From assembly GCA_965224485.1 (NCBI GenBank), contig CBDCZH010000015.1, positions 480,001 through 544,000 on the forward strand: a stretch of 64,000 bases of DNA, in the 5' to 3' direction. Position numbers and translations under genes: made by a program. The stretch is from Arcobacteraceae bacterium. GTDB taxonomy: Bacteria; Campylobacterota; Campylobacteria; Campylobacterales; Arcobacteraceae. Each line of letters begins with the position of its first letter. Positions within the stretch are counted from its first letter, which is position 1. This document shows positions 40,530 to 50,797 of this stretch, in pieces. The notes beneath the pieces were generated by a model. It searched no databases. It had not been told where the DNA came from and worked only from the letters and a program-made list of their open reading frames with translations.

Positions 40530-41057
40530 ATGAAAATAATATTAATTGTAGGACCAAGTGGTGTAGGAAAAGATAGCTTATTAAAAAAAGCTAAACAAGA
40601 GTTAGGAGATGAATTCTTCAAAGAGTATAACTTCATAAAAAGATATATTACAAGACAGCCAGATAAAAATGAGAAGAACTTTTATCTGGAAGAAGAAGCC
40701 CTAGAAGTTTTAAAAAAGAATGATTTTTTTATCTCTTCTTGGAGCTCTCATAATAATACTTATGCAATAGCAAAAAATTCTCTAAAAAAAGGGAAAAATA
40801 TAATTTCAATTTCAAGAGGCAAGATAAAAGATTTTGAAGATTTTAGTGAAAAAGTTTTTACTATAAATATTTCGGTGAGTAAGACAGAGTTAAAAAAGAG
40901 ATTAGAAAAAAGAGGACGAGAAGATAAAGATGAAATTCAAGAACGTCTAAATAGAGTCTATAAAACTATTGAGGCAAATAATTTGATAGATTTTGATAAT
41001 TCAAAAGACATAAAAAGTTCAAGTAAAGAGTTTATTTCTTTATTAAAATCATTATGA
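40530..41057 (+). CDS. phnN: Ribose 1,5-bisphosphokinase PhnN
   Basis: 'VGPSGVGKDSL', 'RYITR', 'RLEKRGRE'. Confidence 0.92.
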   Translation: MKIILIVGPSGVGKDSLLKKAKQELGDEFFKEYNFIKRYITRQPDKNEKNFYLEEEALEVLKKNDFFISSWSSHNNTYAIAKNSLKKGKNIISISRGKIKDFEDFSEKVFTINISVSKTELKKRLEKRGREDKDEIQERLNRVYKTIEANNLIDFDNSKDIKSSSKEFISLLKSL

Positions 41058-41791
41058 AATTAAGTTTTTTAGGAAGTGCCAATAGTGCTGGAATCCCTGT
41101 TCACAATTGTACTTGTGAGGCTTGTTCTCTTTATAAAAAAAACAAAGAGCTAAATCTAGCAACTTGTGCTTACCTTAGTATAGATGAAGAGATTATTTTA
41201 TTAGATGCAGGTCATGATAATATTTCAGATATTTTTAATGAAAAAAAAATACTTGCAGTTTTTTTAACACACTTTCATGCTGATCATTGTTTAGGTTTAT
41301 TAAGATTAAGACATTCTAAAAATAAAATATTATGTTATCACCCAAAAGATAAAGATGGTTTTTCTGATTTATTTAAGCATAAGCATAATATTGAATATTC
41401 TGAACTTAATAATAAAGAATCAGTACTCATAAAAAATATAAACTTCACGGCTTTAAACTTAGAACACTCAAAAAATACAAATGGTTATTTAATTCAAACT
41501 AAAAATATAAAAATAGCCTATTTAACAGACTGTTATACTATAAAAAAAGATTTGATACAGTTCTTAAAAGAAAAAAGTTTAGATTATGTTTTCATAGATG
41601 CTTGTTATGATGAAAGAACAAAAAAAGGAAATCATCTAAATTATCTTCAAGCAAGCGATATTTTAGATGAAATAAAAGCGAAACAATCCTATTTAATGCA
41701 TATATCTCATACTACTTTAGAATATATACTAAAAAACAATATTAAATTAAAATATAACTATCTAAAAAATAATCAAGAATTTATTTTTTAA
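41054..41791 (+). CDS. phnP: Cyclic phosphodiesterase PhnP (MBL fold)
   Basis: 'PVHNCTCEAC', 'THFHADH', 'HISH'. Confidence 0.92.
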   Translation: MKLSFLGSANSAGIPVHNCTCEACSLYKKNKELNLATCAYLSIDEEIILLDAGHDNISDIFNEKKILAVFLTHFHADHCLGLLRLRHSKNKILCYHPKDKDGFSDLFKHKHNIEYSELNNKESVLIKNINFTALNLEHSKNTNGYLIQTKNIKIAYLTDCYTIKKDLIQFLKEKSLDYVFIDACYDERTKKGNHLNYLQASDILDEIKAKQSYLMHISHTTLEYILKNNIKLKYNYLKNNQEFIF

Positions 41792-41835
41792 TTTTATTTA
41801 TTTAAAATATCACATTCAAGTATTAGGAAATATTC

Positions 41836-42561
41836 TTATAAACCACCCTTATATTTTAACTTTTCAGGAATAATTGTTGATTTTAATTGTGCCTCGTAGC
41901 CTTTTTTGATTGTTGCATCAGATAGTTTCCATTTATTTTTAAGGTAATTTAGAACTTTTTCTTTTGTATACCTATTTTTAATCAATGGAAGAAAATACTC
42001 AACTGCTTGTATATCATCTTTTAACTCTAAATGATAAAGTCTTGATAAGTTTTTTATTGCTTTAAGACTCTCTCTCTCTATTGCTTTTTTATACCAAATC
42101 AAAGCTTCTTTTAAATTATTTAAATCTTTTTGATAAATTAAAGCTAAATTAAAAGCAGCTTTTTTATCTCCTAAATAATAGGATTCTTTATAAAACTTTT
42201 TAACATTTAAATAATCATTCACTACTTCATATACTTCTGCTAAATTAAATGCTACTTCATTATCTTTTTTCTTATTCCAAGATTTTAAATACCAAAATTC
42301 AGCAAGTTTAAAATCTTTTATTCTTTTATGATAAAGTACCCCAAGATTAAAAGAAGATTCATAATCCATATCAGAAGTATCATACCAAACCTTTCCATAC
42401 TCATAATTATCAAGTCTATAATCATAAGCTGGTTTAAGAAGAATATTTTTACTTTCATTTTTCTTAGTATTTTTTTTCTCATTATTATTTTTACTATCTG
42501 AACAAGCAGAAAGACTTAATAATCCTAATATTAATAAAAGTTTTATTAGTATTTTATGCAC
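41836..42561 (-). CDS. Sel1/TPR-repeat lipoprotein, putative immunity protein
   Basis: Lipobox 'LSLSAC'; repeats 'FNLGVLY...AEFWY', 'FNLALIY...ALIWYKKA'; overlaps the effector stop. Confidence 0.8.
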   Translation of the reverse strand: MHKILIKLLLILGLLSLSACSDSKNNNEKKNTKKNESKNILLKPAYDYRLDNYEYGKVWYDTSDMDYESSFNLGVLYHKRIKDFKLAEFWYLKSWNKKKDNEVAFNLAEVYEVVNDYLNVKKFYKESYYLGDKKAAFNLALIYQKDLNNLKEALIWYKKAIERESLKAIKNLSRLYHLELKDDIQAVEYFLPLIKNRYTKEKVLNYLKNKWKLSDATIKKGYEAQLKSTIIPEKLKYKGGL

Positions 42562-45500
42562 CTTTTTTCTCCTTATTTACTTCTTGATTTTCTTGTACTT
42601 TATATCCGTACGTTGATTTTTCCATCATTAATTTTTCTTCATCATTTAAAGGAACTAGTTTTATACTTTTTATTTCTAATTCTAAACTATCTTCTAAACT
42701 TGCACTTCCAGGATAAGAAAAAAGTTTTAAATCAATATCATGATCCATTTCGTACTCTATTTTATATTTTAACGTTATATCACGATTAATAATTAACAAA
42801 TGTGAGCCTTTCTTTTCTAAAATCTTAGCTAAGTGTTTATCCATTTTATTTACATCAATAGTTTCATATTTAAAGTCATTTCGCATTTTAGGAACTTCAC
42901 CTTCTTTTAGAATATCTGACTTATGTATAGTTTTATAATCCACATCTCTTTTAAACTCAATACTAAGATTATTTTGCATAATTTCTTTTGGAATATTTAT
43001 CTTAGTTTTAAACTCATATACAAACTCAACCATACCGCCATTTGTAAACTCTTTTTCATAAACTCCTTCATCTACTTCTATTTTATATCCGTAGATAACT
43101 GCTTTTAAATTTATTAGCTCATATTGCATAGCATTATCAAATATATCACTATTCTTTTCATAGTTACTACCTATGTACCTTTGAAGTTCAATATATGATT
43201 TAAAACCTTCAATTTTATTTTCCAATTTTTCATTAACAGTTTGAGTAAATATTTTTGATTCATAAGGGTCAGTGGTACTTGAACTAAATACATTTAAAAC
43301 TTTTGTGAAATTATACTTATAACTACTATGCTCTTCTTGATTAAATAGAAGTGATTTAAATAAATAAGCTTCTATATTTGTATCAACAAAAGCATCTTTG
43401 ATCCACATTTCCCAAACAACTTCTATAATAATAGTTGCAAGTATCACAGCAAGTGCTCCAATCCAACCAATACCAGGAATTATTAGCATGCTAGCAGCTA
43501 TCATCATATTTTTAACTATTATTGCAGCTTTTCCATCTATATCATTTTCATCAGTTTTTTGTACTTCATATACTGTTGCTACAATTACTCCAACAGCCCC
43601 AACCTTTGAAAGAAGCTTCATACTTCCTATTCTTGTAATCTTTTGTGCGCTTAGTACTTTTTGTAGGTGAATTTGTATAGAAGATACTGTTTTAGGCATA
43701 TTTTCTGCTAGAACAGTGCTGAGCGCATGTATATCTTGGGAAAGAGAAAATATATCTGCTTTATTTAGAGCTTTTTTTGAGAAAATTGCTGCTGCTACAT
43801 TAGCTCCTGCTACAAATGTAGATAGTGCTTTTGTACTTTTCATAAAAGCTTTATATTTTGATGAGTTTTTAAAACCATATCCTATCTCTTTTAATTCATC
43901 ATTATCAATATCAACCATGTTAGACATAATTTGTTCATCCATATCTCTTAGTTTAGAACTAATTCCATCAATAAATTTTATTTTTTCATAGAAAACTTCA
44001 ATCTTCTTTTTTGATTCTAGTGTTTTTTCATAATTAGCATCTAATAAATCTGATACATCTATTTCGTAACGTTTATCTTCAACTTCAAAAGAGTCTATAA
44101 AAGATTGTGCATTACCTTGTCTTTGAGAGAAACCTTCTTTATTTCTTTCACTTTTTACAAGTGAATGAGCAAAGTGAGAGTGAAGGATTGAATAATAAAC
44201 TTCACCAATAGGAAGTTCAAATATTTTTTTTGCATATTCTATATCTTCTATTTCATTTCTTCTTTTCGTTAATTCTTTTATTAAATCTAAGATATGAGCT
44301 TGATTTGTATTAAAAGGTGAATTTTTATTTGATTCTGCATCTAAAAGGCTTCTATTAGCTGTGAAAAAATAAATAAGATTTAACATAGTATTGTAATAAT
44401 CTGTTTCAATATCTTTTTTATCAAATTCTTGAATATTTTTATATGAAGTTAAAATATCTTTAATTTCACTTGAAACAAGTATCTTTTCAAATTCTTCTAA
44501 AAAAGTTTTTGTATTTGGCATATCATTATAATGAAAAGATTCAAAATCCAAATCTAAATATAAATCACTAAAAAGTTTTTGAGGTTTAGCTATTTTTGCA
44601 AGAGAAATATCATATGACATTTCTTGATTTATTTTATCTAGGGATTCATATTGTTCTAAAAGCTTATTATCTTTTCTTTGAAATATTTTACTATAAGTAC
44701 TTTTTTGCTCTTTTATAATTGCTCTAATATCTTTAATATTATCATCACCAATATTAGGAAGTGCTTTTGAAGTTTTGAGGGTATAATAAAAATCTTCTAC
44801 AATATTTTTTAATCCTGATTTTTCAACTTCTTTTTTATATTTATCACTAAAATATATTGCAAAAACTAATAAAGCTAATACTTTTCCACCATATTTTGAA
44901 TAGTTATTATATTTTTCATCAGCACCATTACCTAATTCCAACCACTTATATGAAGCAGGATAGTTTTTTGTAAACTTAGGGTTATAACTTTTAACAAATT
45001 TTTCACTTATTCTTTTATTATAATTTTTTAACAAATTGATTTTTAACATTCCATTGTATGCACAAGAAAGACCGTTATTTACTATTCTAAATTCATATCC
45101 ATTATAGTATTTACCACTTTTTTCTATTTTTCCATTTTCATCTTTTAAAATATTTTTGAAAAAAGATTTATTTATATATTCAACTTCATTAAAATAGTTA
45201 ATAGCTGTATCATAAGCAGGATCAATAATATCTGCTAAATTACTTATATTCTTAATATCTTTAACTATTAACTCTCCTAATGAACCATTACAAATAGTAT
45301 TGGCTAATTCTCTATAAAGATGTTTAAGCTTATTTACATTTTTATCATAATCTTTTTGCTCTTCTGGTGAAACATAAAAATAATCCAATTTATTTGCAAC
45401 AGAATAAATATAAGCATTTTTCTTTTTAACATTTTTTATATACGAATCATTATTTGCAAAAACAGTTTTATAATTCCATTCATAATGATTGAACATATCT

Positions 45501-46534
45501 TCTGCTTTTCCTAGTACATCATCTAATGTTGTTACTACATTTAAAGGATACATAGTAAAGTTTGTACTAGTTCCTTTTTCTTTTGCAGCTTTTATTTTAT
45601 TTTGATGGGCTTTTTTTGGATCAAATTCTTTTGCGAGATCTATATTATAATTAAATATTTCATTTGAATTTATACTTGAAATATCATCTATGAAAAAACT
45701 TTCTTTTTTATTTTTTGATGGAACTGTTGGGTCAAACTTTGTGCTTTTAAATAAGCTTAAGTCTTCTGCTCTTTTCTTTTGTTCAGCTCTTACTTGTACA
45801 TTTGTATAAAATATTTCGATTTCTTCACCATCATATAGGGGAATATAATCGTGTTCTATATTATTTTCATCTTTGTATTTTATCTCTTTTGTAGTTTGGG
45901 CAAATAATGAACCTTTACTTATAATTTTATATTCCTCTATTTTTTTAGATGAGAGTTTTATATATACAAAAGCTTTTGTATACGTAACAATTTTTTCTCT
46001 TATTTGAGGATGGGTATCCATTGTTCCGTAATACTCTTGTATTTTGTTATATGCTCTACAAGCTCTTAGAGGTTTATAAATATTTTCTAAGAAAAAATCT
46101 TTTGACTCTCTTATTAGGTAAAGATTATATTTTTCATCTTCTTTTTTTTCATTTGCTTTTTGTTTTTCACTTTCACTTGCATCTGCTCCTAAAACATTAT
46201 CAATTCCACTTGGTGGCAGTGAAAATGAGTTTAGATTTGCTCTTGAAGCAATAACTAAAGCTGCTCCTTTATTTGTTTTGCACCCTGCTACATCTAAAGC
46301 ATAAGTTCCACTTGTACCATTCACATTTGTTTCTGTCATAGCAGAAGAAATTGAGCTAACTACAGTACATGGCTTTTTTTTAGGGCATCCACTTATTGAG
46401 GCACCTAAGATATCTACACAAAAGTTTGGCTTTAAACCTCCAATTACACGAATAGGATCGGAGGATGGATGAACTACTGTCCCACCATGAGAACACTGTA
46501 TTACACAAGATTGCGTTAAAACTTTACGAGACAT
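42554..46534 (-). CDS. Putative T6SS effector: PAAR-like N-terminus, MIX/VasX-like region, hydrophobic C-terminal helices
   Basis: ATG 46534 after AGGAAG; 'IQCSHGG...SISGCP...PC...CKTNKG'; 'TTLDDVLG'; TM 'IIPGIGWIGALAVILATIIIEVVW'; adjacent to T6SS operon. Confidence 0.75.
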   Translation of the reverse strand: MSRKVLTQSCVIQCSHGGTVVHPSSDPIRVIGGLKPNFCVDILGASISGCPKKKPCTVVSSISSAMTETNVNGTSGTYALDVAGCKTNKGAALVIASRANLNSFSLPPSGIDNVLGADASESEKQKANEKKEDEKYNLYLIRESKDFFLENIYKPLRACRAYNKIQEYYGTMDTHPQIREKIVTYTKAFVYIKLSSKKIEEYKIISKGSLFAQTTKEIKYKDENNIEHDYIPLYDGEEIEIFYTNVQVRAEQKKRAEDLSLFKSTKFDPTVPSKNKKESFFIDDISSINSNEIFNYNIDLAKEFDPKKAHQNKIKAAKEKGTSTNFTMYPLNVVTTLDDVLGKAEDMFNHYEWNYKTVFANNDSYIKNVKKKNAYIYSVANKLDYFYVSPEEQKDYDKNVNKLKHLYRELANTICNGSLGELIVKDIKNISNLADIIDPAYDTAINYFNEVEYINKSFFKNILKDENGKIEKSGKYYNGYEFRIVNNGLSCAYNGMLKINLLKNYNKRISEKFVKSYNPKFTKNYPASYKWLELGNGADEKYNNYSKYGGKVLALLVFAIYFSDKYKKEVEKSGLKNIVEDFYYTLKTSKALPNIGDDNIKDIRAIIKEQKSTYSKIFQRKDNKLLEQYESLDKINQEMSYDISLAKIAKPQKLFSDLYLDLDFESFHYNDMPNTKTFLEEFEKILVSSEIKDILTSYKNIQEFDKKDIETDYYNTMLNLIYFFTANRSLLDAESNKNSPFNTNQAHILDLIKELTKRRNEIEDIEYAKKIFELPIGEVYYSILHSHFAHSLVKSERNKEGFSQRQGNAQSFIDSFEVEDKRYEIDVSDLLDANYEKTLESKKKIEVFYEKIKFIDGISSKLRDMDEQIMSNMVDIDNDELKEIGYGFKNSSKYKAFMKSTKALSTFVAGANVAAAIFSKKALNKADIFSLSQDIHALSTVLAENMPKTVSSIQIHLQKVLSAQKITRIGSMKLLSKVGAVGVIVATVYEVQKTDENDIDGKAAIIVKNMMIAASMLIIPGIGWIGALAVILATIIIEVVWEMWIKDAFVDTNIEAYLFKSLLFNQEEHSSYKYNFTKVLNVFSSSTTDPYESKIFTQTVNEKLENKIEGFKSYIELQRYIGSNYEKNSDIFDNAMQYELINLKAVIYGYKIEVDEGVYEKEFTNGGMVEFVYEFKTKINIPKEIMQNNLSIEFKRDVDYKTIHKSDILKEGEVPKMRNDFKYETIDVNKMDKHLAKILEKKGSHLLIINRDITLKYKIEYEMDHDIDLKLFSYPGSASLEDSLELEIKSIKLVPLNDEEKLMMEKSTYGYKVQENQEVNKEKKGA

Positions 46535-46829
46535 AGTACTTCCTAAAATAATTAATTTAAGTATTTTATACAAAAAATGTTAAAAATATAATAAAATAAA
46601 CCTTTTTATTATTAATAATATTTATTTATTATTTTATGTATATTTAGAATTTGCGTATATAAAGGGGTTTATTTAAAAAGTAGCTAGAAAAGTATCAATA
46701 AAGAATTATTAATATAATTATTATATTTACTATAAAATAATTTAATAAGGTATTTTTAAACTTATTATTGATAGAATCTCGAAATATTTAATCTAATGAT
46801 TAAGAAAAAAGAAATATGGAGTAAGATAA

Positions 46830-48395
46830 TTGACTGATTTGATTTTAAATGACATTTCAAAAAAAGAACCATTTGGTTCTGATTTTAAATATTATGATAA
46901 ATTTTTAACTATAGAGCAAGAGATAGATAATGACTATAGTGTTACTTCTAAAGACGGAACAAATTGGCTTATAGTTAAAAAATCTTGTTATGAAATGTTA
47001 ACTCAAAATACAAAAGATATCAAAATTGTTTCTTGGTGGTTAAATTCTTTTTGGAAATTAGAAAACTTTTTAGGTTTAGAACGTTCACTTTTTGTATTTA
47101 ATGATTTTATAAAAAAATACAATAACAACTCTTTTCCAAAATCAATAAAAGCTAAAAGAAACACTATTCTTTGGCTTGAACAAACTTTAACTAAAGATAT
47201 AGTAGAAAAAAAACAACATAAAGATAAACTAAATAATGCTAAAGAGTTAAGTGAACTTTTTTTAAGTCTTCAAAATGAATTGAATATAATTTTTAAAGAT
47301 GAAGATAAACATTTTTCTAAAATTATTAGATATTTAAAAAATTCTTATACAAAAAATGAAGAAATTAATGAAGTTCCAGAAATAAAAACTTCTAAAGAAG
47401 TTTTAGAAAAAGATAAGAAAGCTAAGCAAAATAATAATAGAGATAAGAGCTCAATAGAAACTACTAAAATTGATATTAAAAAAATCACAACAAATGAAGA
47501 AGCTAATAAAACTTTACAAACATTTAAAAAATCAGCTTCTTTATTAAGTGAATATTACAGAAGTACAAATTCTTATGATTTAAAAGCTATAAAAATAACA
47601 AGACTCTTATCTTGGTTAAATATTGATGGTTTACCTTTTAATGAAGAGAAACTAACTCAAACAAATCCACCTTCAGATAATACTTTATACCAAATTGAAG
47701 AAGCTAGAAAAAATAATGAAAGTAACACTGCTTTTATACTTATTCAACATGCACTTGAGCGTTCACCTTATTGGTTAGATGGTCATTTTAAATCTTACGA
47801 AATTTTAATACAAGAAAAACAGCAACAAGAAGCAAATGAGATTAAAAACGCATTAATAGCTTTTGTAAATTCAAACCAAGGGGTAGAAGAACTTTTATTT
47901 AAAGACAAAACTGCTTTTGCATCTAAAGAAACAAAAGATTTTTTAAATAAAGACAAAAACGATAATGAAAATAAAACAAAGGAAATAAAAACTGAGACTC
48001 TTGTTTCTAACAAAAAAGAGAAAAGTGAGCTTATAAATAAATGTTACGAGCTTATTAATAATAATCAAAAAAAGGATGCAATGCAAGTACTTCAAAATCA
48101 TTATAATTTAGCAATTAGCCAAGAAGAGAAATTTAAATTACGCTTAGAACATGCAAAAATAGCTATTTTCTGCAAAGAATTTAAAATGGCATTAGTTTTG
48201 TTAGAGGATCTTGAAAAAGATATCAATAAATATGGTCTTGATGAGTGGCAACCTAAACTAGCTTCAGAAGTATATAGCTTACTTTTAAAGAATTTTTATG
48301 GCAAACAAATCACTAATGAAAAAATAAATAGTATTTATGAAAATCTATGCAAAATTGATATTTCACAAGCACTTAATTTAAATACAGGAGAATAA
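46830..48395 (+). CDS. tssA: T6SS TssA (ImpA_N plus VasJ-like domain)
   Basis: 'PFGSDFKY', 'TKDIKIVSW', 'PYWLDGH', 'LDEWQPKL'. Confidence 0.9.
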   Translation: MTDLILNDISKKEPFGSDFKYYDKFLTIEQEIDNDYSVTSKDGTNWLIVKKSCYEMLTQNTKDIKIVSWWLNSFWKLENFLGLERSLFVFNDFIKKYNNNSFPKSIKAKRNTILWLEQTLTKDIVEKKQHKDKLNNAKELSELFLSLQNELNIIFKDEDKHFSKIIRYLKNSYTKNEEINEVPEIKTSKEVLEKDKKAKQNNNRDKSSIETTKIDIKKITTNEEANKTLQTFKKSASLLSEYYRSTNSYDLKAIKITRLLSWLNIDGLPFNEEKLTQTNPPSDNTLYQIEEARKNNESNTAFILIQHALERSPYWLDGHFKSYEILIQEKQQQEANEIKNALIAFVNSNQGVEELLFKDKTAFASKETKDFLNKDKNDNENKTKEIKTETLVSNKKEKSELINKCYELINNNQKKDAMQVLQNHYNLAISQEEKFKLRLEHAKIAIFCKEFKMALVLLEDLEKDINKYGLDEWQPKLASEVYSLLLKNFYGKQITNEKINSIYENLCKIDISQALNLNTGE

Positions 48396-48396
48396 A

Positions 48397-48882
48397 ATGA
48401 TGACAAAACAATCAGAGTCACCAAAAGAAAGAATTAACGTTACATATAAACCAGCTACTGGAGATATGAATGAAGAGATTGAAATACCTTATAAACTTAC
48501 ACTTTTAGGGGATTATAATCCAAATGCAAAAAAAATTCCTATTGAAGATAGAAAAGCTATCAAATTAGATAAAAACAATTTTAACGATGTGTTAAAAGAA
48601 CAAAAACTATCAGTTACTTTTGATGTTCCAAATAAGTTAAGCAATGATGAAGATTCTTCTTTAAATATTAACTTAAATATTTCTAGTATTAAAGATTTTT
48701 CACCTGAAAATATTGTTGAAAATGTTGATGAATTAAAAGTTTTAATGGAACTGCGAAAATCATTGGTTGCACTTAAAGGACCATTAGGGAATGTACCAGC
48801 ATTTAGAAAAGCTATTGAGGATGCTATGTCTGATAAAGGCGAAATAGATAAATTAATGGACGAACTTAATTTAAAAGTATAA
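48397..48882 (+). CDS. tssB: T6SS sheath small subunit
   Basis: 'PKERINVTYKPATG', 'DFSPE', 'LVALKGPLGNVPAFR'. Confidence 0.96.
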   Translation: MMTKQSESPKERINVTYKPATGDMNEEIEIPYKLTLLGDYNPNAKKIPIEDRKAIKLDKNNFNDVLKEQKLSVTFDVPNKLSNDEDSSLNINLNISSIKDFSPENIVENVDELKVLMELRKSLVALKGPLGNVPAFRKAIEDAMSDKGEIDKLMDELNLKV

Positions 48883-48891
48883 AAAAGAAGG

Positions 48892-50373
48892 ATGAATATG
48901 TCAGTTGAAGAAGTAAAAACAAAGAATAATGAAGCACAAAGTACTAGTTTATTAGACAGTATAATTGCACAAACAAGTATCACAACAGAAGATGATACAT
49001 ACTCTGTTGTAAAATCAGGTGTTGGAGCTTTAATTGAAGAATTAATTAAATCTGATAATACAAATGAAAAAGTTAATAAAGCAGTAATTGATAAAATGTT
49101 AGCAGAAATAGATGCTAAGATTTCAGCTCAAATGGATGAAATTTTACACCATCCCCAACTTCAATCTTTAGAGTCAAAATGGAGAGGGTTATACCTTTTA
49201 GTTGAAAGAACTGATTTTAGAGAAAATATCTTGATGGAAATTATAAATGTTTCTAAAGAAGATTTAATGGATGATTTCGAAGATTGTTTAGATATTACGC
49301 AAACAGGTCTTTACAAGCATGTATATACATCAGGTTATGGTCAATTTGGAGGAGAACCAGTTGGAACTATTATTGCTGATTATTCTTTATCTCCATCTAA
49401 TGTTGATATTAAATTTTTAAATAAAGTTGCTTCGATTTCAGCTATGGCACATGCTCCTTTTATAGCAGCAGCTGGTCCTAAATTCTTTGGTTTAGACTCT
49501 TTTGAAGGTTTACCTGATTTAAAAGATTTGGAAGATGTAATGAACTCACCTCAATATGCAGGTTGGAAGGGTTTTAGAAAGAATGAAGACTCAAGATATG
49601 TTGGGTTAACACTTCCAAGATTCTTACTTCGTGCTCCTTATGATCCAGAAGATAATCCAATTTCAAACTTTGTATATAAAGAAGATGTATCAGAATCTCA
49701 TGAAGATTATTTATGGGGAAATACAGTTTATACTTTAGCTTCAAAATTAACAGATTCTTTTGCAAACTACAGATGGTGTACTAATATTATTGGACCAATG
49801 AGTGGTGGAGAAGTTAGAGATTTACCTGTTCATACTTTTACAAGTATGGGAGATATTGAGATGAAGATTCCCACTGAGATTTTAGTATCAGATAGAAGAG
49901 AATACGAATTAGCACAAGAAGGTTTTATTCCATTAGTAATGAGAAAAGGTAGTAATTCTGCTGCATTCTTTGCTGCTAACTCTGCACAACAACCAAAAAT
50001 ATTCTCAGATACTCCTGAAGGTAATGAAGCTGAACTAAACTATAAATTAGGAACTCAAATGCCTTATTTATTTGCAGTTACTAGAATGGCTCACTATATT
50101 AAAGTACTTCAAAGAGAACATATTGGTTCTTGGAGAGAGCGAGCTGATTTAGAACGTGAACTTAATAAATGGGCTAAACAATATGTTGCTAATCAAGAAA
50201 ACCCAAGTGCTGAAATTAGAAGTAGAAGACCTTTCAAAGCTATTAAAATTGATGTTGAAGATATAGAAACTGATCCAGGTTGGTACAAAGTTAAAATAGC
50301 TTTAAGACCACATTTTAAATATATGGGTGCTAACTTTGAATTATCATTAGTTGGAAAGTTAGATAAAGATTAG
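48892..50373 (+). CDS. tssC: T6SS sheath large subunit
   Basis: 'GYGQFGGEP', 'PRFLLRAPY', 'RPHFKYMG...LSLVGKLD'. Confidence 0.97.
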   Translation: MNMSVEEVKTKNNEAQSTSLLDSIIAQTSITTEDDTYSVVKSGVGALIEELIKSDNTNEKVNKAVIDKMLAEIDAKISAQMDEILHHPQLQSLESKWRGLYLLVERTDFRENILMEIINVSKEDLMDDFEDCLDITQTGLYKHVYTSGYGQFGGEPVGTIIADYSLSPSNVDIKFLNKVASISAMAHAPFIAAAGPKFFGLDSFEGLPDLKDLEDVMNSPQYAGWKGFRKNEDSRYVGLTLPRFLLRAPYDPEDNPISNFVYKEDVSESHEDYLWGNTVYTLASKLTDSFANYRWCTNIIGPMSGGEVRDLPVHTFTSMGDIEMKIPTEILVSDRREYELAQEGFIPLVMRKGSNSAAFFAANSAQQPKIFSDTPEGNEAELNYKLGTQMPYLFAVTRMAHYIKVLQREHIGSWRERADLERELNKWAKQYVANQENPSAEIRSRRPFKAIKIDVEDIETDPGWYKVKIALRPHFKYMGANFELSLVGKLDKD

Positions 50374-50374
50374 T

Positions 50375-50797
50375 ATGTATAAAGGAAGTTTATTTGAGAG
50401 GTTAACACCACAAGAGCAAAAAAGCAAAAAAACCTTTGATACATATGAAGAATCATTGTATAGCTCAATTGCATTTAACTTATCTCGAATATTCTCTACA
50501 AATGCTGGGAGTTCAGAAATCGCAACAGATTATGGACGTCCAGATTTGGACAATATGCACTTAAATTTGCATGATTCAATTCATATAATTGAAAAACGTT
50601 CACAAGAGTGTATTAAAAAATATGAACCAAGACTTTTTCACAATACTGTAAAAGTAAATGAGCAAAGACTTTTACATAATGAAATGAGTATTTTCATAGA
50701 AGCTTTTCTAAAAGTAAATGGAAAAACAAAAAAACTACATTTTAAAGCTGATTTATTTAAAACAGGTGGAGTAAAGGTATATAAAGATGGAATTTAA
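50375..50797 (+). CDS. tssE: T6SS baseplate TssE (gp25-like)
   Basis: 'SLFERL', 'DYGRPD', 'IKKYEPRL'. Confidence 0.92.
   Translation: MYKGSLFERLTPQEQKSKKTFDTYEESLYSSIAFNLSRIFSTNAGSSEIATDYGRPDLDNMHLNLHDSIHIIEKRSQECIKKYEPRLFHNTVKVNEQRLLHNEMSIFIEAFLKVNGKTKKLHFKADLFKTGGVKVYKDGI

Noticed and set aside
25291..41791. Functional link between ars and phn loci (arsenate/phosphate competition)
   Set aside because: Separated by housekeeping tkt with independent regulators; proximity alone is not evidence
46574..46829. Extremely AT-rich divergent region between effector and tssA with short palindromes
   Set aside because: Matches are expected by chance at this composition; no repeated motif could be defined
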